In this document: positions 1 to 6,630 of the stretch, piece by piece
Layout: every line of letters begins with the position of its first letter
Numbering within the stretch: position 1 is the first letter of the stretch
Source of the DNA: Chthoniobacteraceae bacterium
GTDB lineage: Bacteria; Verrucomicrobiota; Verrucomicrobiia; Chthoniobacterales; Chthoniobacteraceae
DNA: 12,528 nucleotides
Reading direction: 5' to 3'
Assembly: GCA_031409655.1 (NCBI GenBank)
Contig: JANNXQ010000222.1
Span: 1-12,528, forward strand
Position numbers and translations under genes: made by a program
The notes under the pieces: generated by a model
The model's input: only the letters and a program-made list of their open reading frames with translations
Told to the model about the DNA's origin: nothing
The model's database searches: none

Positions 1-1031
1 ACGTCGCGATAGTTGTTCACCACGGGGAGATCGCCGGGGCCTTCGAGGAGCTCGTCACTCAAGCCCGACCAGGGCCCGATCACCCGTCCACCTTTCACTC
101 CGCCGCCGAGCACGAACATCGCCGAGCCCCGACCGTGATCGGTGCCGAAGGCGGAGTTCTCCCGCACCCGCCGGCCAAACTCCGTCATCACCACCACCGT
201 CGTCGTGGCCAGGCGCGGGCCGAGATCGCGGCGGAAAGCGGCCAGCCCTTTGCTCAGCCGCGTGACCAGCGGATCGAGGAGCGTCTGCTGGGTGAAGTGC
301 GAATCCCAACCGTCGAGGTCGATTGATGCCGCCTCGACGCCGAGGTCGCCCTTGATGAGTCGCGCGAGCTGGCGCAAGCCCTGGCCGAAGTCGTCACTTT
401 CATACGCTGCGCCGTGCGCCGGCGTGTACGGCGTGGTCCGCATCGCTTCGATGCGTTGCAGGGCGTCAAAGGTGTCGCGCGCCGCCGAGCCGAGCGGGCC
501 GCGCTCCAGGGCGTAGAGGCGCTCGAGTTGCGTGCGCAGACCCGGCGTCTTCGCACCGAGAGTAAAGTCATCGAGCGATTGCATGACCGTCGCCGTGGGC
601 GCGCCGAGCAGGCATTCCGGCAGCGCTTTCCCGACGGCCACGCAAGCCAGCGCCCCGCTCGCCGGTGCGGGGCGGGCGCGCAGGAAGCGCCCGAGCCATC
701 CGCCGGCCACCACGCCGCCGTGCTCTATCAAATCCTGCGCTTCAAAATGCGAGCGCGTGTCGTCCTCCGAACCCGCCCCATGCACGATCGCGAGATCGCC
801 CTCGGCAAAGGCCGGCCCGAGTTCGGCCATCTTCGGATGCAGGCCAAAAAATCCATCAAGCGGAACGGCGTCCTTCTTCGCGATGCCAATGCGCGGGCGG
901 GCGCGCTGGTAGCTGTCGTCCTCGATCGGCGGGACGAGCGCGAGGCCATCCGCGGCGCCGCGGAGGAAGACCACGACGAGAGTGCGCGCGGGGTCGGGCT
1001 GGCCGGTGATGAGAGCCTGGGGCGTGCTCAT
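1..1031 (-). CDS. DUF1501 family protein (short type, DUF1800 partner); 3' end truncated by the window edge
   Basis: Manually translated: 343 open codons from ATG at 1031 to the window edge. Sequence MSTPQALITGQPDPARTLVVVFLRGAADGL...RSHFEAQD...GWLGR...GWDSH...VVVMTEFGRRVREN...GTDHG...GDLPVVNNYRD carries typical DUF1501 motifs. It lies directly downstream of DUF1800. An in-frame TGA at 1137-1139 limits any N-terminal extension. Confidence 0.9.
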   Translation of the reverse strand, partial: MSTPQALITGQPDPARTLVVVFLRGAADGLALVPPIEDDSYQRARPRIGIAKKDAVPLDGFFGLHPKMAELGPAFAEGDLAIVHGAGSEDDTRSHFEAQDLIEHGGVVAGGWLGRFLRARPAPASGALACVAVGKALPECLLGAPTATVMQSLDDFTLGAKTPGLRTQLERLYALERGPLGSAARDTFDALQRIEAMRTTPYTPAHGAAYESDDFGQGLRQLARLIKGDLGVEAASIDLDGWDSHFTQQTLLDPLVTRLSKGLAAFRRDLGPRLATTTVVVMTEFGRRVRENSAFGTDHGRGSAMFVLGGGVKGGRVIGPWSGLSDELLEGPGDLPVVNNYRD

Positions 1032-1042
1032 AGGGAGGGGGA

Positions 1043-1137
1043 AAACTCCAAACGCCAAACTCCAAACTTCAAACGCCAAACTGACTCCGTGCCGCACGCC
1101 TGCGACGTTTGAAGTTTGGAGTTTGGAGTTTGGAGTT
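1043..1137. repeat. Inverted array of heptamer tandem repeats, (AAACTCC)n ... (GGAGTTT)n, forming a long hairpin
   Basis: Left arm AAACTCC AAACGCC AAACTCC AAACTTC AAACGCC AAACT (1043-1082). Right arm GACGTTT GAAGTTT GGAGTTT GGAGTTT GGAGTT (1104-1137). Positions 1044-1075 pair with 1106-1137 over 32 bp with one mismatch. Confidence 0.93.
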
Positions 1138-1141
1138 CATT

Positions 1142-2692
1142 TCAGCACCGCTGGAAAGCCGGAGACGCAATCAACAAAGCCAGCCCCGCCCCGGATTCAC
1201 GATAGGCTCCGCGCTCATCCTCACTCGCCATCCGGCCCAGCACCGTGGCCATGAGCGCTTCCTCGCCGCCGAGTTTTTCCCGCAAGGACGGCAGCGCGAG
1301 GCGCGTGCCTTTGATGCGGTTCTCCGCGAGCGCGACGGCGAAATTCCAGCGCCACAAAAGGGTGCTCTGCCAGTGCGTCGCGTCCTCGGGATAACCGTCT
1401 GGCGTCGGATAGCGGAAGGGCGCATGGCCGAGCCGGAGGAGGTAATCGACGAGCTGCGGCGAGGCGTCGGTCTCCGCATTGGTCGCGCGCAAGGCAGACA
1501 CGACGAAATGGAATGGGCGCTTGAATTTTCCGCCCCGGGTCTCTGGTGCGAGGAATTCCGGCGTGGCGAAAAGCGCGCGCAGGGTGCGGCGGATGTCGCC
1601 GCGGGATTCCGAGAAAGCGCGGGCCGTCGCCGCCACGGCGGCGGCGGGCGGCTCATCGGCGATGAAGCGGCGACAAAGTTTCCACGAGACGTAGTGCGCA
1701 CAGCTCGGGTGCGAGGTCACGATCTCGAGCACGCGATCGAGATCCGCGGGGCCGAGCCCGGCGGGGATGTCCTGCCCGAGGACCCGCTTCGGGCCATCGT
1801 CATGCGCGCCCGGCTTAAATTCGACGCGCCCTTTGAAGAAGCCCTTTTTCGGCCGCACCGTCCAGCCAGTGAGGCAGCGCGCGACTTCCATCACGTCCTG
1901 CTGGGTATAGCCGCCATGCACGCCGAGGGTGTGCAATTCCATGAGCTCGCGGGCGTAGTTTTCGTTCGGCTTTTCCTCCGGCTTGCTGCGGCGGTTCACG
2001 CGGCCATCGAGGTACCAGAGCATCGCCGGACTCACGGCGCTGGCCCGCAGGAGGTCGCGGAAATTTCCCAGGGCATGGGCGCGGATGGTGTCGCGATCGT
2101 CCGCCGCCTTCAGCCACTTACAGTCACCCTTCGAGGGGTCGATGTTCAGGTGATCGCTCCAGAAACTCACCATCACCTCGTGCAGTTGCCGCCGACTGAG
2201 CACGGCGCGCAGGATCGTCGCGCGGGTGAGATCGGCGAGCAGCTCCTTGTCCGTGAATTCGTAAAGATCACCCACCCGCGCACCACGATCTTTCAGCGCC
2301 GGGAAGAGCTGTTGCAGAGGATCCTTGGCGTCGCCGGAGCGCGGAAAGATTTTGCTCTCCGGATCGGCGAGGCTGTCGAATTCATGGCGGATCACGCGGG
2401 TGCAAAGCGTGTCTTCGATGCGCTCCGGCGCGAGTTGCTCTTCGAGAAAAGCGGAAGCGCCGATCTCGGTCACGCGCGCGTGGTCGCCGGGGCTGGCGCC
2501 GAAGGTGAGGCGGTTCAGAAAATGCGCGGCCTCGTCCAGGGTCGCGGATTGCGGCGCCGCGAGCGGGCCAGCGAGCGGCGGGGCAGTGGGCTTGCCGAGC
2601 CAGCGTCGCACGTCGGTGCGCACAGCGCGGCTATCGCAACCCGCGAGCGCACCCGCGCCGAGCGCGAGAAAGTGGCGGCGCGAAATTTTCAC
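1142..2692 (-). CDS. DUF1800 family protein with Tat-lipoprotein signal (516 aa)
   Basis: Motifs HFLNRLTFG, QLHEVMVSFWSDHLN, GNFRDLL..SAVSPAMLWYLD, PNENYARELMELHTLG, YTQQDVMEVARCLTGW, HDDGPK.VLG, P.PDGYP. Start moved from 3151 to GTG at 2692, which overlaps the upstream stop (GTGA) and gives MKISRRHFLALGAGALAGC. Confidence 0.92.
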   Translation of the reverse strand: MKISRRHFLALGAGALAGCDSRAVRTDVRRWLGKPTAPPLAGPLAAPQSATLDEAAHFLNRLTFGASPGDHARVTEIGASAFLEEQLAPERIEDTLCTRVIRHEFDSLADPESKIFPRSGDAKDPLQQLFPALKDRGARVGDLYEFTDKELLADLTRATILRAVLSRRQLHEVMVSFWSDHLNIDPSKGDCKWLKAADDRDTIRAHALGNFRDLLRASAVSPAMLWYLDGRVNRRSKPEEKPNENYARELMELHTLGVHGGYTQQDVMEVARCLTGWTVRPKKGFFKGRVEFKPGAHDDGPKRVLGQDIPAGLGPADLDRVLEIVTSHPSCAHYVSWKLCRRFIADEPPAAAVAATARAFSESRGDIRRTLRALFATPEFLAPETRGGKFKRPFHFVVSALRATNAETDASPQLVDYLLRLGHAPFRYPTPDGYPEDATHWQSTLLWRWNFAVALAENRIKGTRLALPSLREKLGGEEALMATVLGRMASEDERGAYRESGAGLALLIASPAFQRC

Positions 2693-3219
2693 GGCACCGC
2701 GCTCGGGATGGCCGGTGGGAGCTCCGTCACCGGAACGGGCTGACGACCGCGCCAGCAGGTCAGGACAAACGCTCCCGCGCCGGCGATGAAGGCAAAGGGC
2801 ATGAGCACGAAAGTCCCGAGAAACGGCAGCACAAAAGTGAGCGCGAGCACGCTGCCTCCGCGCATGACCACCCGCCATGGCTCGCGTGCATCCCGCGCGG
2901 ATTTCAGCCCGCGCCCCACCCGCAGCGCCAGGCCCGCCGCGCCGAAGAGCGCGGCCAAGGCCGCCAGGAGGACGATCCCGATCCCGAACACTTTCAACGG
3001 TGCCGCCGGGGCTTTGCTGCTGATCGCAAAGCCGAGCGTCACCGCCGGCACCAAGGTCAACGCGCCGACGAGCATCGTCTTCACCGGCTGGCCCATCCGC
3101 TCCGCACAGCGCTCCACCAGGCCCGGGAAAAGGCCCGCAGCCAGGAGCCAATAGGCCACAAAGACGATGATGAAACCGAGGATGACAAAGAGGAACGTGA
3201 AGACGTCGGCGAGATTCAT
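2689..3219 (-). CDS. Hypothetical multi-pass membrane protein (176 aa, about 4-5 hydrophobic segments)
   Basis: Long hydrophobic stretches separated by basic linkers. Translationally coupled to DUF1800 by a 4-nt GTGA overlap. Confidence 0.85.
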   Translation of the reverse strand: MNLADVFTFLFVILGFIIVFVAYWLLAAGLFPGLVERCAERMGQPVKTMLVGALTLVPAVTLGFAISSKAPAAPLKVFGIGIVLLAALAALFGAAGLALRVGRGLKSARDAREPWRVVMRGGSVLALTFVLPFLGTFVLMPFAFIAGAGAFVLTCWRGRQPVPVTELPPAIPSAVP

Positions 3220-3250
3220 GGGGAGGGTCTGGGTGGGTATTCGTCTGCTA

Positions 3251-3278
3251 AGACGGTGCCGCTAGACGGACGGTTACA
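3251..3278 (-). promoter_or_regulatory. Putative ECF sigma-factor promoter TGTAACC-N16-CGTCT
   Basis: Minus strand reads TGTAACC GTCCGTCTAGCGGCAC CGTCT. This matches the general ECF -35 AAC / -10 CGT pattern and spacing, and ends 31 nt before the ATG at 3219. Confidence 0.65.
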
Positions 3279-3282
3279 AAAC

Positions 3283-3344
3283 AAGGAGTAGGGGCGCCCT
3301 CGCCCCCTTTTCCGAAACCCGGGGCGAGGGCGCCCCGGCTCCTT
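3283..3344. repeat. REP-doublet (REPIN)-like inverted repeat, probably also an intrinsic terminator for the S41-like gene
   Basis: AAGGAG-TA-GGGGCGCCCTCGCCCC (3283-3306) ... GGGGCGAGGGCGCCCC-GG-CTCCTT (3321-3344). The 16-bp stem is perfect and each arm is itself a palindrome. On the minus strand the stem runs into TTGTTTTGT. Confidence 0.8.
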
Positions 3345-3348
3345 GGAA

Positions 3349-4413
3349 TCACTCGGTCGGCTTTTTCTCGGAGAGACCGAGCGTGGTGATGAAATCGACG
3401 GCGCGCTGGAGCACCACGTCGCGCAACATCGGTTTGGCCTTTGGGCCCTTTCGTTGCGCGGCCTGGAGGGCTTCGATCTCGGGATTGGTGCCAGCGACGA
3501 GCGCGGCCTCGTTCATCTTCGCGCGTTCCACTTCGAAGACGTAGTCACTCACGCCTTTTTCCAGCGCTCCGGCGAGGACGCTGTCGGTGGTCTCCTGGGC
3601 CACTTCGACATTCAAGTCGGGACTGAGCCCACCGGGAAAAACAGGCGCGGTATCCGCCAAAACCACTTCAGCAACCGCGGTGTGCAGGACTTTCCCGCCA
3701 GGCAAGGGCAGGTCCGCATACTCCACTGCCTGGCCTTTGGTCCGCTGGCCGATGACCATGGCGCGGGCGTGGGTGCGGAGGACCGCGGCGATGACTTCCG
3801 CACTGCCGGCGCTGTCGTGATCGACGAGCACGACGAGCAGGTCGCGATACTTCGGATCGTCTTTCGAGGTGAGCACGCGCTCTTCATCGACGCGCGGTTT
3901 CTTCACGGAAAAGAGCACCTTCCCTTTCGGCGTGAAGCGGCGGCAGACCTCGGCGGCGCGTTCGTAGTCGCTCCCCGGCGGCGTGGCCCGGAGATCGAAA
4001 ATGACGGCGCCGAGATTTTTTGCCGCGAAGCCAGCGAGCGCGCCATCGAGCTTGGCCAGATGTTCATCCGTCACGGCGCCGAGGCGCGCGTAACCGATCC
4101 GCTGGTCGAGAATCTCGGAGTGAAAAGGACTCTCGACGACCTTCGCGGCAGCGTCCGCCGCGATGATCGCCGCGCCGCTGCCGAGCCGGCTGAGGAGGCC
4201 CTGAATCGTCGCGCGTTTGATCTCCAGATCGTGGAGCGCGGCGGGTGCGAGGTAGTGCTCGCGGAGGAGGGCGAGGACCTCGTCGAGTTCGTCCGCGGTG
4301 AGGGCGTCGATCGCGTTTGCGGGCACGGGCGCGGTGGGCTTCTCTTCCGCGTGCAGGAGGGGTGAAGCGGAAAGGAGCAGGACGGCAAGAGCGCAACTCG
4401 CGGGCAGTTTCAT
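3349..4413 (-). CDS. S41 (CtpA/Prc)-family protease homolog, secreted, PDZ-less, probably catalytically inactive
   Basis: Signal peptide, then IGYARL, VIFDLR, LVVLVD..SAGSAEVIA..L, ARAMVIGQRTKG, GLSPD..V and a C-terminal D.VLQRAVD.I, matching the S41 architecture. Catalytic Ser and Lys positions read Gly and Gln. Confidence 0.85.
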   Translation of the reverse strand: MKLPASCALAVLLLSASPLLHAEEKPTAPVPANAIDALTADELDEVLALLREHYLAPAALHDLEIKRATIQGLLSRLGSGAAIIAADAAAKVVESPFHSEILDQRIGYARLGAVTDEHLAKLDGALAGFAAKNLGAVIFDLRATPPGSDYERAAEVCRRFTPKGKVLFSVKKPRVDEERVLTSKDDPKYRDLLVVLVDHDSAGSAEVIAAVLRTHARAMVIGQRTKGQAVEYADLPLPGGKVLHTAVAEVVLADTAPVFPGGLSPDLNVEVAQETTDSVLAGALEKGVSDYVFEVERAKMNEAALVAGTNPEIEALQAAQRKGPKAKPMLRDVVLQRAVDFITTLGLSEKKPTE

Positions 4414-4425
4414 AGGCAGAGGCGG

Positions 4426-4454
4426 AGGCTACGCGGGGAGACCTTTCACCGCAA
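4426..4454 (-). promoter_or_regulatory. Putative sigma70-type promoter TTGCGG-N17-TAGCCT for the S41-like gene
   Basis: Exact 17-nt spacer. The -10 hexamer includes the purD stop codon TAG and lies 12 nt before the ATG. Confidence 0.45.
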
Positions 4455-5697
4455 TATCCCGCCGGAAATGCGCACCCTCGAACGCGATGACGCCGGCCGC
4501 TTCGTAGGCGCGGGTCCGGGCGGTGGCGAGATCGCGGGCGAGCGCGGTGACACCGAGCACGCGGCCGCCAGCAGTGACCAATTTTCCGCCCTCGAATCGG
4601 GTGCCAGCGTGGAAGACGACCGCACCTTCCGGGAGGCGATCGAGCCCGGTGATTGGTTTGCCGGTCGCGTAGCTTCCGGGGTAGCCGCCGGAAGCGAGGA
4701 TCACGCAGACCGCCGCCTCGGGTTTCCAGCGGGCCGCGACTTTCGCAAGCGTCCCATCGATCGTGGCCTCGAGCAGATCGACGAGATCGCTGTCGAGCCG
4801 GGTGAGCAGCACCTGCGTCTCGGGGTCGCCGAAGCGGCAGTTGAACTCGAGCACCTTCAGCCCACCGGGCGTGATCATGAGTCCGGGAAAAAGCATCCCG
4901 CGAAAGTCGATGCCGTCCGCTTTCAGTCCGGCGACGAAGCGATCCAGCACCTCGGTGCGGAGCCGCGACTCGAGCGCCGGCGGGAGGATGCGCGCAGCGG
5001 GGCTGAAGGTGCCCATGCCGCCGGTGTTCAGGCCAGCGTCGCCATCGAGCGCCCGCTTGTGATCCTGGGCGCTGGGAAAGAGCAGATAGCCGCGGCCATC
5101 GACGAGCGCGTGGATGGAGCATTCCTGACCTTCGAGAAACTCCTCAATGACGATCTGCCGCCCGGCGTCGCCAAACTTCCGTGCGTCCATGATCTCGTGA
5201 ATCGCGAGCGATGCTTCCCACGGATTGCGGGCGATGATGACGCCTTTTCCGAGCGCGAGCCCGTCTGCTTTCACGACCAGCGGATAGGTGGACTGCTGGG
5301 CAAAGCGGTGCGCCTCAAGGCTGTCGGAAAAGCAGCCCGAGCGGGCCGTCGGGATGCCGTGGCGGAGCATGAAGTCCTTCGCAAAAACCTTCGACGACTC
5401 GAGCTGCGCGGCGCGCTGATTCGGCCCGAAGATGCGCAGGCCCGCAGCGGTGAAACGATCGACGATCCCGGCGGCGAGCGCGTCATCCGGGCCGACCACG
5501 GTGAGGTCGATCCCCTCGTCACGCACGAATTGCACGAGGCGGTCGTGCTCGCTGATTTTGATCGGCACGAGCGTGGCGTCCTGGGCGATGCCCGCATTGC
5601 CCGGGGCGCAGAAGACCGCGGTGACGCGCGGGCTTTGCTGGAGCTTCCAGACGAGGGCGTGTTCACGGCCGCCACTTCCAAGGACGAGGATTTTCAT
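4429..5697 (-). CDS. purD: Phosphoribosylamine--glycine ligase (GAR synthetase)
   Basis: MKILVLGSGGREHAL, APGNAG, LTVVGPD, AQLESSKVFAK.FM, VVKADGLALGKGV, QDHKR..DGD.GLNTGGMG, LEFNCRFGDPETQ, FHAGT, GGRVL; 422 aa. Confidence 0.98.
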   Translation of the reverse strand: MKILVLGSGGREHALVWKLQQSPRVTAVFCAPGNAGIAQDATLVPIKISEHDRLVQFVRDEGIDLTVVGPDDALAAGIVDRFTAAGLRIFGPNQRAAQLESSKVFAKDFMLRHGIPTARSGCFSDSLEAHRFAQQSTYPLVVKADGLALGKGVIIARNPWEASLAIHEIMDARKFGDAGRQIVIEEFLEGQECSIHALVDGRGYLLFPSAQDHKRALDGDAGLNTGGMGTFSPAARILPPALESRLRTEVLDRFVAGLKADGIDFRGMLFPGLMITPGGLKVLEFNCRFGDPETQVLLTRLDSDLVDLLEATIDGTLAKVAARWKPEAAVCVILASGGYPGSYATGKPITGLDRLPEGAVVFHAGTRFEGGKLVTAGGRVLGVTALARDLATARTRAYEAAGVIAFEGAHFRRDIAVKGLPA

Positions 5698-5706
5698 GAA
5701 GCGCGG

Positions 5707-5735
5707 AGGCTAGGGGTGCGCGGGGCGAGAGGCAA
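5707..5735 (-). promoter_or_regulatory. Putative sigma70-type promoter TTGCCT-N17-TAGCCT for purD
   Basis: Exact 17-nt spacer. The -10 hexamer includes the thiD stop codon TAG and lies 9 nt before the purD ATG. Confidence 0.5.
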
Positions 5736-6540
5736 TGCGGGCGAAGTGATGGAGCGCGTCCGTGGTGCATCCGGCGCGTTCCCAGCGGAGGAATTGGGTG
5801 ACGGCACGCGTCACGAAAGTCTTGGACTCGGCGACGGCTTCGCGCAGCGAAAGACCTTTCCCAAGGCCGGCCGCGATCGCGGCGGAGTACGTGCAGCCCG
5901 TGCCGTGGGTGGAGACGCCCGCGACGAAAGGTGCGGTGAACTCTTCCACCGCGGCGCCGGTGCAGAGCAGATCGGTGGCGATGGCTTCGCGCAGGTGGCC
6001 GCCTTTGATGAGAAAGCTGGTGCCGTACTGCGCCGAAAGTTCCTCACCGGCACGGGCCATCTCCGCGACGCTCGTGACTGAGCGGCCGAGGAGCGTGCGG
6101 ACTTCGTCAAGATTCGGCGTCACGACGGCGGCCAGCGGGAAGAGGCGCTCGCGGTAGAGGGCCACGGCGTCTTGCAGGAGCAGGGGATCACCGCTCGTCG
6201 CCACCATTACCGGATCGACGACGACGGGCGGACGAGTCCCGCCTTTCGCGAAACACTCCTCCAGCGTGTCGCAGACTGTGGCGATGAGCTCGCGCGAATA
6301 GAGCATTCCCGTCTTGAGGGCGGCGATGGGGAAGGCTTCGAAGACGAGCCGGATCTGCTCCGCCACGAGCGCCGGTTCGATCGCCTGGATGGCGCTCACT
6401 TTGCCCGGCACTTCCGCGACGACGCAGGTGATCGCGGTGACGCCGTAGGTGCCGAGGGCCGACATCGTCTTGAGATCGGCCTGGATGCCGGCGCCGGCGC
6501 TATTGTCGGAACCGGCGATGGTCAGGGTGACGGGGAGCAT
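5710..6540 (-). CDS. thiD: Hydroxymethylpyrimidine/phosphomethylpyrimidine kinase
   Basis: LTIAGSDNSAGAGIQADLKT, LKTGML, VVDPVMVATSG, VTPNLDE, LIKGGH, THGTGCTYSAAIAA.L; 276 aa. Confidence 0.96.
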   Translation of the reverse strand: MLPVTLTIAGSDNSAGAGIQADLKTMSALGTYGVTAITCVVAEVPGKVSAIQAIEPALVAEQIRLVFEAFPIAALKTGMLYSRELIATVCDTLEECFAKGGTRPPVVVDPVMVATSGDPLLLQDAVALYRERLFPLAAVVTPNLDEVRTLLGRSVTSVAEMARAGEELSAQYGTSFLIKGGHLREAIATDLLCTGAAVEEFTAPFVAGVSTHGTGCTYSAAIAAGLGKGLSLREAVAESKTFVTRAVTQFLRWERAGCTTDALHHFARIASRPAHP

Positions 6541-6547
6541 GGGGAAA

Positions 6548-6610
6548 GGATGAGGGATGAAGGATGAAGGATGAAAGCGGCTTCACCGAAGTGATTCGTC
6601 ATTCATCTTT
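6548..6610. repeat. Heptamer tandem repeat (GGATGAA)x4 with a degenerate inverted arm
   Basis: GGATGAG GGATGAA GGATGAA GGATGAA (6548-6575). Degenerate inverted copies TTCGTCA TTCATCT at 6595-6608. Confidence 0.85.
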
Positions 6611-6623
6611 TCACGGCTACGCT
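6595..6623 (+). promoter_or_regulatory. Putative promoter for leaderless apaG, TTCGTC-N17-TACGCT
   Basis: TANNNT hexamer at 6618-6623 lies 7 nt before the ATG. No Shine-Dalgarno sequence. The -35 match is weak. Confidence 0.45.
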
Positions 6624-6630
6624 GCCCGCG

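Noticed and set aside
1043..1137. CRISPR array or IS ends
   Set aside because: Units are 7 nt with no spacers. No cas or transposase gene and no evident target-site duplication.
1109..2743. 544-aa plus-strand ORF
   Set aside because: Antisense shadow of DUF1800 in GC-rich DNA. Its N-terminus (MKFGVWSLEF) is just the translated heptamer repeat.
2693..3151. N-terminal extension of the 669-aa DUF1800 ORF
   Set aside because: Overlaps the membrane protein gene in another frame with Arg/Gly/Ala-rich junk composition. GTG at 2692 gives a clean signal peptide and stop/start coupling.
3343..6081. Long plus-strand ORFs 3343-4365 and 4468-6081, and minus-strand 4064-5122
   Set aside because: Antisense or alternate-frame shadows of the S41-like gene, purD and thiD, with no recognisable motifs.
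6541..6630. TPP riboswitch upstream of thiD
   Set aside because: The gap is only 90 nt, has no CTGAGA core motif, and is filled by heptamer repeats.
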